This document shows, one piece after another, positions 1 through 9,222 of a stretch of DNA of 44,310 bases. Made by a program: the position numbers and the translations under genes. Origin of the DNA: an uncultured bacterium (GTDB lineage: Bacteria > Patescibacteriota > Minisyncoccia > UBA6257 > 2-01-FULL-56-20); assembly GCA_963705915.1 (NCBI GenBank), contig OY970126.1, positions 362,306 to 406,615 on the forward strand, written 5' to 3'. The notes below the pieces were generated by a model. That model ran no database searches, had not been told where the DNA came from, and saw only the letters and a list, made by a program, of their open reading frames with translations. Within the stretch, counting starts at the first letter, position 1. Every line of letters begins with the position of its first letter.

Positions 1-708
1 CCATAACCATAGCCGTATTTTAATGGTTTCCCATAAAACTTTCAAGTAGGCCGAGGCGGTCACGTGCGACCGGAGATCATTCGTCCAATGGACCGGAATT
101 TCCTTGATTTTATAGCCGATATGCTTGGCGAGGGACAAAATCTCGACGTCAAATCCCCAACCTGGAATCCTAGCAATGTTAAATATTTTCTCTGCGGCTT
201 CTTCGGTGAAAGCCTTGAATCCGCATTGAGTATCCCAAATGCCGGGCAATATTATGAGTTGAATAAAAAGATTACCGAGCTTGCCCGGGATCTGTTTGTA
301 TATCGGCTCCGCCGGATCAAGCTTTGCGCCCTTTATGGCGCGCGAACCGATCACAACTTCAAAACCCTGTTTGAAAAATGGCATCATCGAGCTGAACTGA
401 TCGATCGACGTTGAATTGTCGGCGTCGGTGAAAAGCCGAATGCGGCCGCTTGCAAGCAACATCCCTTGCCGCACGGTGCCGCCCTTGCCTTGGTTATCTT
501 TTAAATCGATAAGCTTTAGGTTGCGCACCGCCTTCGTCATCTTTCGCACGATGTCTGCCGTGTTATCGCTCGAACCGTCATTCACAACGAGGATCTCGTA
601 TGAATATTCAACATGCTCAAGGCGCTTGTCGATATCGAGCAACGTCTTCGGAATACGCTCAGCTTCGTTGTATGCGGGGATGATTATAGAAAGATAAGGC
701 TGCGCCAT
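1..708 (-). CDS. GT2-family glycosyltransferase (dolichyl-phosphate hexosyltransferase-like); C-terminus runs off the window edge
   Basis: Own translation from ATG at 708: MAQPYLSIIIPAYNEAERIPKTLLDIDKRL...VVNDGSSDNTADIV...LFTDADNST...WDTQCGFKAF, open through position 1. It is missing from the ORF track because there is no stop in the window. Listed + ORFs 64..414 and 416..697 are its antisense. Confidence 0.8.
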   Translation of the reverse strand, partial: MAQPYLSIIIPAYNEAERIPKTLLDIDKRLEHVEYSYEILVVNDGSSDNTADIVRKMTKAVRNLKLIDLKDNQGKGGTVRQGMLLASGRIRLFTDADNSTSIDQFSSMMPFFKQGFEVVIGSRAIKGAKLDPAEPIYKQIPGKLGNLFIQLIILPGIWDTQCGFKAFTEEAAEKIFNIARIPGWGFDVEILSLAKHIGYKIKEIPVHWTNDLRSHVTASAYLKVLWETIKIRLWLW

Positions 709-753
709 ATTGGTATACCAAGATTATAGCAAAAGATCCGGCGAAAAAATCTT

Positions 754-1515
754 CTAAGCTCTCGTGAGAATCCGAGGTCCCTTTTCGGTGATCGCAACGG
801 TATGCTCAAAATGCGCCGCGAGCGATCCATCGGCCGTACCGTAGCTCTCGTCGAGTAATTGTCGGATTGCACCACTACCCATGGAAACCATCGGCTCGAT
901 GGCAAGCACCATACCCACTTTTAGCTTCTCGCCCTGGCCCTTGCGACCGACATTGAATACCGTTGGATCTTCGTGCAACGCCTCACCGATGCCATGGCCG
1001 GTCAAACCGTCGACGACAGCAAATTTATTTTTCTCGATTACCCTCTGGATGGCATAACCAATGTCGCCGAGGGTGTGGCCGGGTTTTGCTTCTTTTATGC
1101 CTGCGGCGAGGGAGTCCTTGGTAACTTCAAGGAGTTTTTTGACTTGCTTACCGACATCCCCGACGGCCACGGTGATCGCAGCGTCAAGAAAAAGTCCTTT
1201 ATATTTGAGGCCGAGGTCGAGGCTCACGATGTCGCCTTCGCGGATTTTGTAGACGGACGGCTGCCCGTGCACGACAACGTCGTTTACCGAAACGCAAAGC
1301 GTGTAGGGATACGCCTTGCGGGCGCCCACGGGCCGATAGTGCAAAAACGCGGGCTTGGCCCCCGATTCTATAATCAACTTTCTTGCGAGCGCGTCGAGCT
1401 CAATCGTGGGCGCACCCGGCTTAGTCTTCGATTCGAGGTCATGAAGAACACGGGCAAGCATTGCCCCGCCTTCCGCCATCACCTCGATCTCATGAGGCGT
1501 TCTTAAGCTTTCCAT
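754..1515 (-). CDS. map: type I methionine aminopeptidase
   Basis: 253 aa with typical MetAP-I blocks (CVSVNDVVVHG, DIVSLDLG, GHGIGEALHEDP, LAIEPM, FEHTVAIT). Sits at the adk-map position at the end of the spc operon. Confidence 0.95.
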   Translation of the reverse strand: MESLRTPHEIEVMAEGGAMLARVLHDLESKTKPGAPTIELDALARKLIIESGAKPAFLHYRPVGARKAYPYTLCVSVNDVVVHGQPSVYKIREGDIVSLDLGLKYKGLFLDAAITVAVGDVGKQVKKLLEVTKDSLAAGIKEAKPGHTLGDIGYAIQRVIEKNKFAVVDGLTGHGIGEALHEDPTVFNVGRKGQGEKLKVGMVLAIEPMVSMGSGAIRQLLDESYGTADGSLAAHFEHTVAITEKGPRILTRA

Positions 1516-2170
1516 AGATATGCTTCATCACTTGGTATGGCGCCGGCCGCGCGTCGACATGGCGTAGTTTGTAACCGTGACTTTTTACGTACCGGAAAAT
1601 CGGGAACGTCCGTTCTTCATATTCTTTTAATCGAATTTTAATGACGCCTGGCTTGTCGAGGCTGCGCTTGTAGAACGAGCCTGCGCAAACCGGGCAATGC
1701 TTTGGTTTCTTGTGGGGATAGAATGATGTGAGTAAAAGATAGCCGCATTCTTTGCAAACCATCCGTGCGCCATTGCGGCGGATTGATTCCTCGGGCGGCA
1801 CATCAAGCACAAACACGTTCACGTTTTCTTTCCCGTACAGTTTTTGAAAAACCGGATATAATTTTTCAGCTTCATACATGGTTCGCGGCGAACCACTCAA
1901 CACAATCCCCCATCCGGCGGCGGCGATATGCCTTGCTTCACGCATCACGGCGCCCGTCACGAAGCTCGGCGTCATAAGTTTTCCGCCGTCAAACAGTTTG
2001 CGTTCCCGCCTTATAATGCTTTCCCGCTGGCGCTTCGGGTCGTGCACAATTGATTCGAGAAATTTTCCGGTGTCGAAATGGATCACGTCGAGCCTTTCGG
2101 CGAGAAGATTTGCCTGCGTCCCCTTTCCGGCGCCCGGAGGGCCATATAAAATTACGACGATCTTGCGCAT
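1490..2170 (-). CDS. adk: adenylate kinase with Zn-ribbon lid
   Basis: Start trimmed to MRKIVVILYGPPGAGKGTQ (P-loop). Lid has CKECG...CPVCAG. The upstream 111 codons of the listed ORF are Cys/Arg-rich read-through. Confidence 0.93.
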   Translation of the reverse strand: MRKIVVILYGPPGAGKGTQANLLAERLDVIHFDTGKFLESIVHDPKRQRESIIRRERKLFDGGKLMTPSFVTGAVMREARHIAAAGWGIVLSGSPRTMYEAEKLYPVFQKLYGKENVNVFVLDVPPEESIRRNGARMVCKECGYLLLTSFYPHKKPKHCPVCAGSFYKRSLDKPGVIKIRLKEYEERTFPIFRYVKSHGYKLRHVDARPAPYQVMKHIYGKLKNAS

Positions 2171-2189
2171 GTATCTATCGTAGCAAAAT

Positions 2190-2218
2190 TTGCGCGAAAC
2201 GTCTCTCATCCGTATAAT
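2190..2218 (+). promoter_or_regulatory. sigma70-like promoter TTGCGC-17nt-TATAAT pointing away from adk
   Basis: -35 at 2190..2195, exact TATAAT at 2213..2218, 17-nt spacer. Confidence 0.45.
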
Positions 2219-2224
2219 GGAAAC

Positions 2225-2576
2225 GCATCGTTTCACCGGCGATGTGACGGCTGTCCGACACGGCCGCCGTATACGAGCAAGCGATTCTCCCGTCAATATG
2301 CATTGGCAACACGTGCAGCTTGATAGGGGGCGCCAGCCAAAGCGGCTGGCATCAAACAATCCCCGAGGACAGGCAATAGCCTCTCTTTGGGAGCGTGGTT
2401 CGAGAGCAGACGGCCAACCGGAGAGACAATCTCTCCTGGCCCGGAAGCAAGCAGTGGCAATCCGTTTCGCGCCTGACATGGCCGTTTGGCAAAAACCACG
2501 CATGCGTTGCTGAGTCGGTTTGATCGATCGCTCAGCTTCGAGACAACCCCGGCGAGAATTTTTCGCCGGGCTTTTT
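2225..2576 (+). ncRNA. unclassified candidate structured RNA (~350 nt) between adk and secY
   Basis: Bounded by the promoter above and a + strand intrinsic terminator. Perfect helices: 2222-2228/2502-2508, 2393-2400/2494-2501, 2410-2416/2479-2485. Hairpins at 2332-2350 and 2420-2436. The only ORF (2190..2513) is Arg-rich and unprotein-like. Confidence 0.4.
2547..2576 (+). terminator. intrinsic terminator (cccggcga-gaatttt-tcgccggg + TTTTT)
   Basis: 8-bp GC stem 2548-2555/2563-2570 followed by a T5 run on the + strand. On the minus strand no clean U-tract follows. Confidence 0.6.
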
Positions 2577-2577
2577 A

Positions 2578-3849
2578 TTATTCGATCCCTTCGTATTCGC
2601 GAACGGTGAGCTGCGAGTCGATCTGACGCATCGTCTCAAGCGCCACAGCAACAACAATGAGCAGTGCGGTGCCACTGATCGTCACGACGGCGATACCAGT
2701 TAACGCCTGCACAATGAGCGGCAAAATAGCGATGAAGCCGAGGAAGCAAGCCCCCCAAAACGTGATGCGATTTACAATGCTCGAAAAGAATTTCTCAGTG
2801 CTCTCGCCGGGACGGATGCCCGGGACGAATCCACCGCTACGCTGCAAGTTTTTTGCGACTTCTTCCGGATTGAACGTGATCGCGGTGTAAAAATAGGTGA
2901 ACGCAAAGACAAGCAAGAAATAGAATACGCCGTAGTAGAGGTGATTATTTACAAAATTCGTCGCAAACGTATTTACCTTCAAAGCCCACGCTGTTGAGAC
3001 AAGGGTTAGGAGTTGGGCAAGAAATTGCGGGAAGAGCAAAACCGAAATGGCGAAAATGAGCGGGATCATGCCGGCCTGGTTCACCTTGAGCGGCAGATAG
3101 CTCGACGCTCCGCCATACATTTTATTCCCGCGCACGCGGCGTGCATAGGCAACCGGGATTTTTCGTTCGCCTTCGTTCAGGTACACAATACCTCCAATGA
3201 GAAATACGGCGATGATGATAAATCCAACATACGCCGTGAGTTCTGCCGGCGTGTAGGCGGCAAACGCCGTGCCAACGGCGGAGGGCAACCGGCTGATGAT
3301 ACCCGCCATGATAATGAGCGAAATACCATTGCCAACTTTTTGTTCGGTGATGAGTTCACCGAGCCAGAGCGCGATCATCGAACCACACGTGACGACAATG
3401 ATGTTCGTGGCAAAATGGAACGGATCCGGCCGCGGGATGACGTTCTGCGAGATGAGCAGCGTGAGAAAGCCGTAGGCCTGCACCATCGCAAGCGGCACGG
3501 TGAGCAAGCGGGAGTACTGGTTGAATTTTGCCTGACCGCGTGCGCCCTCTTCGTAATACATCTCCTTCATTTTCGGGAAAATGATTGTCATGAGCTGCAT
3601 GATGATTGTGGAGGTGATATACGGGCCGACGCCAAGCATCACGACAGAGAGCGTGACGAGACCGCCGCCGGCGAAGAAGTTCAAGAAGCCCAGGAGCTGG
3701 TTGGAGTTGAAATAACTCTGAAGCGCCGCCGCGTTCACTCCCGGCGTCGGGATTGCCGCGAAAACGCGGTAGGCAACCAAAATGCCCGCAACAATCAAAA
3801 TCTTATTGCGGAGTTCGGGGACTTTGAAAACTTGGAGGAATCGGTTCAT
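2578..3849 (-). CDS. secY: preprotein translocase subunit SecY
   Basis: 423 aa polytopic membrane protein with SecY blocks (GVNAAAL, GPYITSTIIMQL, GISLIIMAGI); position after rplO. Confidence 0.97.
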   Translation of the reverse strand: MNRFLQVFKVPELRNKILIVAGILVAYRVFAAIPTPGVNAAALQSYFNSNQLLGFLNFFAGGGLVTLSVVMLGVGPYITSTIIMQLMTIIFPKMKEMYYEEGARGQAKFNQYSRLLTVPLAMVQAYGFLTLLISQNVIPRPDPFHFATNIIVVTCGSMIALWLGELITEQKVGNGISLIIMAGIISRLPSAVGTAFAAYTPAELTAYVGFIIIAVFLIGGIVYLNEGERKIPVAYARRVRGNKMYGGASSYLPLKVNQAGMIPLIFAISVLLFPQFLAQLLTLVSTAWALKVNTFATNFVNNHLYYGVFYFLLVFAFTYFYTAITFNPEEVAKNLQRSGGFVPGIRPGESTEKFFSSIVNRITFWGACFLGFIAILPLIVQALTGIAVVTISGTALLIVVAVALETMRQIDSQLTVREYEGIE

Positions 3850-3864
3850 GCTGTGCAGCGCAGG

Positions 3865-4308
3865 TTACGAGGCGATCGTCCCACCCGCTTTCTTGATCTT
3901 CATTTTAGCACCTTCTGAGATGCTCACCCCTTTTGCCACGGCAACCGGAAATGCAATGTCGCCCGTGCCGAGAATTTTCACGGTGCCGCGAAAATCCTTT
4001 CTGACGAGGCCTGAGACCCGAAACAATTCATTGGTGACCTCGAGCGGACTACCCGATTTGACATATGATTTGAGCTTTGAAGAAATCGTGCTGAGATTAA
4101 AAACTTCTGCCCGATCGCTTTTTGGCTTATTGCGGAAGCCGCGCATCTTTGGGATGCGAATCAAAAGATCGCGCTCAGCCGGACGAATGCGGTGGCCAGA
4201 ACGGGATTTTTGCCCTTTCACACCGCGGCCCGAATAACTACCACGCTTGCCGCTGCGGCCGATGCGCTGGGATTTCTTTTGGATGGATGGAAGTTGATGA
4301 ACTTGCAT
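3865..4308 (-). CDS. rplO: 50S ribosomal protein L15
   Basis: 147 aa, basic Gly-rich N-terminus (GRGVKGQKSRSGHRIRP); operon position. Confidence 0.95.
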   Translation of the reverse strand: MQVHQLPSIQKKSQRIGRSGKRGSYSGRGVKGQKSRSGHRIRPAERDLLIRIPKMRGFRNKPKSDRAEVFNLSTISSKLKSYVKSGSPLEVTNELFRVSGLVRKDFRGTVKILGTGDIAFPVAVAKGVSISEGAKMKIKKAGGTIAS

Positions 4309-4321
4309 GGTGGAAAAAATC

Positions 4322-4810
4322 TTAAGCCTTCAATTTCTTAAGCGCCTCGACGGTTGCCATCGCGTTCGTGAGCTTATTCGGCGTTCTCCCGAGGATCTTT
4401 GCCGTAGCATCCTTGATGCCTGCGAATGCGAGCACAAAACGGACCGAACCCCCAGCGCGAAGGCCGTGTCCTTTGCTTGCGGGCTTCAGCAATACTTTTG
4501 CCGCGCTGTATTTGGCGAGCACCTCGTGCGCGATTGTCCGCTGATCCTTGAGGTTGATGGTGATGATGTTCTTTTTCGCTTCGCTCTTTGCCTTTGCAAC
4601 GGCCTGCTGAACGTCGAGACCCTTTGCGACGCCAATACCGACGCGGCCCTTCTCATCGCCCAAAACAAGCGTGGCGCGGAAACGGAAACGCTTACCCCCG
4701 GCAACGACGCGGGTAACACGCCGCATATCAAGGACGCGCTCTTTGAATTCTTCCTTTTTGAGCGGGAGCGCGGTGTCTCGGCGACGATATGATTGTGATG
4801 GGGCTGGCAT
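4322..4810 (-). CDS. rpsE: 30S ribosomal protein S5
   Basis: RVTRVVAGGKRFRFRATLVLGD...GLRAGG. Only 13 nt separate it from rplO, so no L30 gene is present. Confidence 0.96.
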   Translation of the reverse strand: MPAPSQSYRRRDTALPLKKEEFKERVLDMRRVTRVVAGGKRFRFRATLVLGDEKGRVGIGVAKGLDVQQAVAKAKSEAKKNIITINLKDQRTIAHEVLAKYSAAKVLLKPASKGHGLRAGGSVRFVLAFAGIKDATAKILGRTPNKLTNAMATVEALKKLKA

Positions 4811-4818
4811 GGGGATGA

Positions 4819-5184
4819 TTATAACGTAAGTCCTGCCTTTTTGGCACCTTCGGCAAAGCTCTTCACGCGGCCATGAAATTTATAAGCGCCGCGATCAAAA
4901 ATTACTGTTTTAACCCCCTTTGCAACAGCTTGCTTGCCAAGTAGTTCGCCGACCGAAAAAGCGTCGAGCGATTTTGCCGTTTTTGTGCCTTTGGTTCCGC
5001 CCTTTACAACACTTGAGGCCGCAACGATCGTGCGACCCTTCGTGTCGTCAACGATCTGTGCGTAAAAATAGCGATTGGTGCGATGCACGGAAAGCCGCGG
5101 CCGATCTGGGGTACCATACAGCGCGGCGCTCACGCGCTTGCCTCGGCGAATTCTCTTTTGGTTTAATTTTTTTCTTGGATTCAT
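4819..5184 (-). CDS. rplR: 50S ribosomal protein L18
   Basis: [19 protein letters not shown]...[19 protein letters not shown]. Confidence 0.96.
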   Translation of the reverse strand: MNPRKKLNQKRIRRGKRVSAALYGTPDRPRLSVHRTNRYFYAQIVDDTKGRTIVAASSVVKGGTKGTKTAKSLDAFSVGELLGKQAVAKGVKTVIFDRGAYKFHGRVKSFAEGAKKAGLTL

Positions 5185-5202
5185 GGCTGTAGTAAAAATG
5201 TA

Positions 5203-5745
5203 TTACGCAGCGGCAGTCACACCGGCTTTCTTACCGACTTTGCGGCGAATCACTTCACCCTGATAATGGATACCTTTGCCTTTGTATGGCTCCGGCTTTT
5301 TAAGCGCCCGGATTTCCGCAGCAGCTTGGCCGACAACCTCTTTATCAATACCGGAAACCTTGATCTGGTTCTTTTCAACGACGATTACAACGCCTTCGGG
5401 TACCGGAAGTCTCACGGGCTGGGCATAACCAAGATGCAAAACTAGCGTTTTGCCTTCAAGCACCGCGCGATAACCGACGCCTTCAATTTCCAAAACCTTT
5501 ACGAAGCCGGCGGTCACACCCACCAATGCATTCTTCGTGAGCGAATAGAATGTTCCCGCGAGCGCCGAAGATCCATCCCCTGTCGAAGTCACGTTTACAT
5601 TTGTTCCTTCCATCGTGATATCGACACCTTCAGGAATCGCAACCTTCAACTCGCCTTTTGCGCCTTTTACCACCAAAACATTCCCGCTCTTTGTGACGGT
5701 TGCTCCAGATTCTATAATGATTGGCTTTTTGATAAGGCGCGACAT
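5203..5745 (-). CDS. rplF: 50S ribosomal protein L6
   Basis: Start trimmed to MSRLIKKPI. GVGYRA...LGYAQPV...PEPYKGKGI. Confidence 0.94.
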   Translation of the reverse strand: MSRLIKKPIIIESGATVTKSGNVLVVKGAKGELKVAIPEGVDITMEGTNVNVTSTGDGSSALAGTFYSLTKNALVGVTAGFVKVLEIEGVGYRAVLEGKTLVLHLGYAQPVRLPVPEGVVIVVEKNQIKVSGIDKEVVGQAAAEIRALKKPEPYKGKGIHYQGEVIRRKVGKKAGVTAAA

Positions 5746-5755
5746 GATGGTGTGA

Positions 5756-6130
5756 TTACCAAACTTCAAAAAGATATTCGCCGCCGACTTTGGCTTTTTG
5801 GGCTTGCTTGCCGGTCATGATGCCTTTGGAGGTGGAAAAAACGCTCAGGCCGTGACCCTGCTTGACCGAACGGATACTCCGATAGTCGGCATAAAAATGA
5901 CGGCTCGGCTTGCTGATCAGTTTAAAATCGTTGAGCGCTTTGTCGCGTGCCGGCAATTTTACGGCGATCACGCTCTTGCGGCCAACCATTTCTTTTTCGG
6001 CGCTCTTCACATAACCACCATCTTTCAGCGCCTGGAGTACCGCAAAATCCATTTTTGAGTATGGGAACGTCACCCGTTCTTTGCGGGCTCGCACGGCATT
6101 CTTTAATTCTGAAAGGATGTTGTAATACAT
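5756..6130 (-). CDS. rpsH: 30S ribosomal protein S8
   Basis: 124 aa, C-terminal GLSVFSTSKGIMTGKQAQKAKVGGEYLFEVW. Confidence 0.95.
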   Translation of the reverse strand: MYYNILSELKNAVRARKERVTFPYSKMDFAVLQALKDGGYVKSAEKEMVGRKSVIAVKLPARDKALNDFKLISKPSRHFYADYRSIRSVKQGHGLSVFSTSKGIMTGKQAQKAKVGGEYLFEVW

Positions 6131-6145
6131 GATGAAATTACGTTT

Positions 6146-6331
6146 TTACCAAGACGCCTTTTTCACACCCGGGATTTGCTGGTTGGTCGCCATTTCACGG
6201 AAGCAGATGCGGCACAATCCGAAGTCGCGCATATAGCCACGCTTGCGGCCGCAGCGGAAACAGCGCCGCACGATGCGGGATGAGAACTTTGGGGTCTTTT
6301 TGCTTCGCGCAATGACGGATTCTTTGGCCAT
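6146..6331 (-). CDS. rpsN: 30S ribosomal protein S14, type Z (Zn ribbon)
   Basis: 61 aa, [20 protein letters not shown]. Confidence 0.95.
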   Translation of the reverse strand: MAKESVIARSKKTPKFSSRIVRRCFRCGRKRGYMRDFGLCRICFREMATNQQIPGVKKASW

Positions 6332-6332
6332 G

Positions 6333-6863
6333 TTATTTTTTCTTTGTCGTTACTTCTTTCTTCATGGGAACGCCGAGCTTCTTAAATTCCTCGAATGCTT
6401 TTTCGCGATTCTTTAATTTCGGCACGATGCTCACGCCAATCGAAAACGAGATCGGCGATTGCTCCGGGACAATTTCCGGAAACACCTGATGTTCGCGAAT
6501 GCCCACGTTTAAGGTGCCGCCTTGGTCGATGGCTTTATGGTCAAGACCGCTAAAGTCGCGCACGCGTGGTAGCACAATTGTAACCAAACGCTCAAAAAAA
6601 TCAACCATTTTTTCACGGCGGAGCGTGGTACGGAGGCCAACGATCTGCCCTTCGCGCAACTTGAAACCGGCGATCGATTTCTTGGCGCGACGGATCTCAG
6701 GTTTCTGGCCGGTCATGCTCGCAAGGTCGCGGGTCACCTGGACGAGCGTCTTGTCTTCAAAGTTCGGCGTTTGACCGAGGCGTCCAACGCCAGCGTCAAT
6801 CACGATCTTCTCGAGGAAGCCGCGGATCTCTTTTCGTGTTGGGTTTTCGTGCTTTGTAGGCAT
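6333..6863 (-). CDS. rplE: 50S ribosomal protein L5
   Basis: 176 aa, [25 protein letters not shown]...FDFSGLD-type blocks; operon position. Confidence 0.95.
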   Translation of the reverse strand: MPTKHENPTRKEIRGFLEKIVIDAGVGRLGQTPNFEDKTLVQVTRDLASMTGQKPEIRRAKKSIAGFKLREGQIVGLRTTLRREKMVDFFERLVTIVLPRVRDFSGLDHKAIDQGGTLNVGIREHQVFPEIVPEQSPISFSIGVSIVPKLKNREKAFEEFKKLGVPMKKEVTTKKK

Positions 6864-6881
6864 GGGTTTATTAAAAAGCCG

Positions 6882-7190
6882 TTAGATGTTCGCTTGGCAT
6901 TTCTTGCAATAGCGGGCTTTATGGCCATTCGCTTCAATTCGATACCCAACGCGGGTTGGCTGTTTGCAGTTCGCACACACGAGCTGCACTTTCGAAACCG
7001 GCATCGGACGCGCGACATTCACGATCTGTCCGGTTTGGCCCTGTTGCTTGGGCTTCGAACGCTTTTTAAAAATATTTAATCCCTCAACGATGATCTTGTT
7101 GTCAATCGGGTACGCCGTTAACACGGTTCCCGTTTTTCCACGGTCCTTGCCCGACATTATTTTTACATGATCACCCTTATGAATTTTCAT
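6882..7190 (-). CDS. rplX: 50S ribosomal protein L24 (with C-terminal CxxC..CxxC extension)
   Basis: MKIHKGDHVKIMSGKDRGKTGTV KOW motif. The tail has CANC...CKKC. Confidence 0.93.
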   Translation of the reverse strand: MKIHKGDHVKIMSGKDRGKTGTVLTAYPIDNKIIVEGLNIFKKRSKPKQQGQTGQIVNVARPMPVSKVQLVCANCKQPTRVGYRIEANGHKARYCKKCQANI

Positions 7191-7192
7191 GG

Positions 7193-7561
7193 TTATACGA
7201 TCTCTTCGGCCATCGTCATCAATTTCTCATATCCTTTCTCTTTCAATTCGCGTGGCAACGGTCCGAAAATACGGGTTGCAACCGGCTCTTTCTTTGCATC
7301 AACGAGCACAACGGCATTTTCATCAAAACGGACATACGAACCATCTTTGCGCCGCGTGGCATTCTTGGTGCGCACGACAAGCACTTTCACAACATCTTTC
7401 TTCTTGACCGCCTTGCGCGGTTCGGCTGCCTGCACCGAGGCAACGATGACGTCGCCCACGCCGGCATAGCGGTGGCGGGTTCCGCCCAAGATGCGGAAAC
7501 AGCGCACGGTTTTTGCACCGCTATTGTCCGCTACTTTTAAGATGGAACGTTCTTGTATCAT
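7193..7561 (-). CDS. rplN: 50S ribosomal protein L14
   Basis: [17 protein letters not shown]...RFDENAVVL. Confidence 0.97.
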   Translation of the reverse strand: MIQERSILKVADNSGAKTVRCFRILGGTRHRYAGVGDVIVASVQAAEPRKAVKKKDVVKVLVVRTKNATRRKDGSYVRFDENAVVLVDAKKEPVATRIFGPLPRELKEKGYEKLMTMAEEIV

Positions 7562-7812
7562 TATTTTGCAATTTTACCGATGATCCGCCACCGTTTATCT
7601 TTCGACACGGGTCGCGTTTCTTCGATCGTCACCTTATCCCCCGTTTTGTATTCATTGTTTTCATCATGCGCCTTAAACTTGGTCGTCACGCGGTAATAGG
7701 TTACGTACTTAGGGTGCTTCTTGAGGCGCTCAACAGCAATCACGCGCGTTTTCTGCATTTTGTCAGAAACGACGGTGCCGATGAGTTTGCGATGTTTTGT
7801 TTCGTTTGCCAT
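7561..7812 (-). CDS. rpsQ: 30S ribosomal protein S17
   Basis: 83 aa, [18 protein letters not shown]...[31 protein letters not shown]. Confidence 0.95.
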   Translation of the reverse strand: MANETKHRKLIGTVVSDKMQKTRVIAVERLKKHPKYVTYYRVTTKFKAHDENNEYKTGDKVTIEETRPVSKDKRWRIIGKIAK

Positions 7813-7815
7813 GGT

Positions 7816-8010
7816 TTATTTGTTGTTCTTGAGGAACGTCTCTATCCGCGCGATCTTCTTTTTGACCTCGTGCAGCTCCGCTACATTCTTCACTTTTCCA
7901 GCCGCAAGGTCAAATCGCAATGTGCGCAAACGCTCCTTACTCTCCTTTTCAAGGTTCATAAGCTCGGCAACCGAGCGATTTTTTAATTCTTGGATATCTT
8001 TCTTCTTCAT
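7816..8010 (-). CDS. rpmC: 50S ribosomal protein L29
   Basis: 64 aa helical protein, LRFDLAAGKVKN; operon position. Confidence 0.92.
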   Translation of the reverse strand: MKKKDIQELKNRSVAELMNLEKESKERLRTLRFDLAAGKVKNVAELHEVKKKIARIETFLKNNK

Positions 8011-8011
8011 A

Positions 8012-8434
8012 TTAATGAGTGGTCGTTTTATCGATGATCCGACTCTTCACTGGAAGCTTGTACGAAGCCAAACGAAGCGCTTCCCTTGCCTTTGCCGCAT
8101 CGACGCCGTCGATTTCAAAAAGCACGCGGCCCGGACGCACTGGAAACACGTAGTGATCAACGGCACCCTTGCCGCCACCGAGTGTTTTTTCCGGAGCCTG
8201 CAAGGTGATTGGCTTGTCGGGGAAAATGCGGATCCAAAGGCGGCCGTCGCGCTTGAGGTAGTTTGTGATCGTTTTGCGGGCGGCCTCGATCTGACGGGAA
8301 TTTATCCACGCCGCCTCGAGCGCCTTCAAACCATATTGGCCATAGCTCAACTCCAAGCCGCGCGTTTCAACCGTACGGTTCTTCGAACGTCCTTTCTGCC
8401 ACTTGCGATGTTTTACTTTCTTAGGGAGCAACAT
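8012..8434 (-). CDS. rplP: 50S ribosomal protein L16
   Basis: [16 protein letters not shown]...[21 protein letters not shown]. Confidence 0.97.
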   Translation of the reverse strand: MLLPKKVKHRKWQKGRSKNRTVETRGLELSYGQYGLKALEAAWINSRQIEAARKTITNYLKRDGRLWIRIFPDKPITLQAPEKTLGGGKGAVDHYVFPVRPGRVLFEIDGVDAAKAREALRLASYKLPVKSRIIDKTTTH

Positions 8435-8439
8435 GGTTT

Positions 8440-9222
8440 TTATGAATTGGTTCGCGGTGCGTTATTGGCGCGATCACGGGAAAACGCCGGGCGCGGCTCA
8501 CGCATGTCGCGGGTATCGCGCGGCTCACGGTTGCCAAAACGGTTCCCCTCGCGTTCAGCATTTTTATCCTTATTGAAAATTTCTCCTTTATAGATCCACA
8601 CGCGGATACCGATCGTGCCATAGCTCGTCTTTGCCGTCACGCGGCCGTAATCAATATCCGCGCGGAGGGTCTGAAGCGGAAGCGATCCACGCGAGAGCCA
8701 TTCGCGGCGTGCGATTTCGTTGCCATCAAGACGGCCGGACAAGAAAATCTTCACACCTTTCACATCTTTATTCTGCTGAACTTGTTCAATGTATTTTTTC
8801 ATGGTGCGGCGGAACGGCATACGCTTTTCAAGATCCCACGCGATCTGCTGGGCAACATATTGCGATGAAACTTCCGAGCGCTTCAATTCTTCAACATTCA
8901 AGCTGAGGGCAACCTTTGAACGGGTCTTGCGAACTTTTTGGAGCGCGCTCGCAACTGCCTTCTGTAAATCTTCCATGCCTTTGCCACCGCGACCAATGAC
9001 GAGGCCCGGACGAGCGGCGCGGATGAACACACGGAGATTGCCTTGCGTCCGTTCGATTTGAATATCGGCGACTCCGGCAAGCGCGATCCTTTTATTGATC
9101 GTATTGCGGATTGCTTCGTCTTCTTCGAGGAACTTTGGATACCCGCCTTTAAGGAACCAGCGAACCGGCCAATTCTTGGTGATGCCTAAACGATATGAAT
9201 TTGGATTGATCTTTTGTCCCAT
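8440..9222 (-). CDS. rpsC: 30S ribosomal protein S3 with Arg-rich C-terminal tail
   Basis: [14 protein letters not shown]...KH domain, [13 protein letters not shown]. ~45 aa basic tail. Confidence 0.96.
   Translation of the reverse strand: MGQKINPNSYRLGITKNWPVRWFLKGGYPKFLEEDEAIRNTINKRIALAGVADIQIERTQGNLRVFIRAARPGLVIGRGGKGMEDLQKAVASALQKVRKTRSKVALSLNVEELKRSEVSSQYVAQQIAWDLEKRMPFRRTMKKYIEQVQQNKDVKGVKIFLSGRLDGNEIARREWLSRGSLPLQTLRADIDYGRVTAKTSYGTIGIRVWIYKGEIFNKDKNAEREGNRFGNREPRDTRDMREPRPAFSRDRANNAPRTNS

Noticed and set aside
64-697. Listed + strand ORFs 64..414 and 416..697
   Set aside because: They are antisense to a clear GT2 glycosyltransferase frame (1..708, minus) that the ORF track misses because it has no stop in the window. 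Their sequences have no family features.
2430-2460. SRP-RNA-like motif CCCGGAAGCAAGCAG in the 2.2-2.6 kb RNA candidate
   Set aside because: It resembles the helix-8 GGAA tetraloop / AGCA loop. The two pairs that must close the tetraloop are C.C and C.A here, and the surrounding fold is multibranched rather than a long hairpin. I therefore did not call SRP RNA.
1490-2503. N-terminal extensions of track ORFs: adk to 2503, rplF to 5769, rpsL to 25617, nifS to 36904, nrdG to 37670, pyrD to 40773, paralog A from 28900, paralog B from 29869, and others
   Set aside because: The conserved N-termini begin at internal Mets, often with an SD or tight coupling to the upstream gene. The extensions run through promoters, terminators or even tRNA-Ser, and their composition is unprotein-like.
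3013-3918. Long antisense ORFs opposite confident genes: 3013..3918, 7721..8593, 14002..14946, 20483..21565, 22792..23973, 29230..29874, 33371..34174, 38723..39373, 40914..41510
   Set aside because: Each lies opposite a gene with unmistakable family motifs. Their products are Arg/His/Cys-rich and low in complexity, as expected for open antisense frames in ~50% GC DNA.
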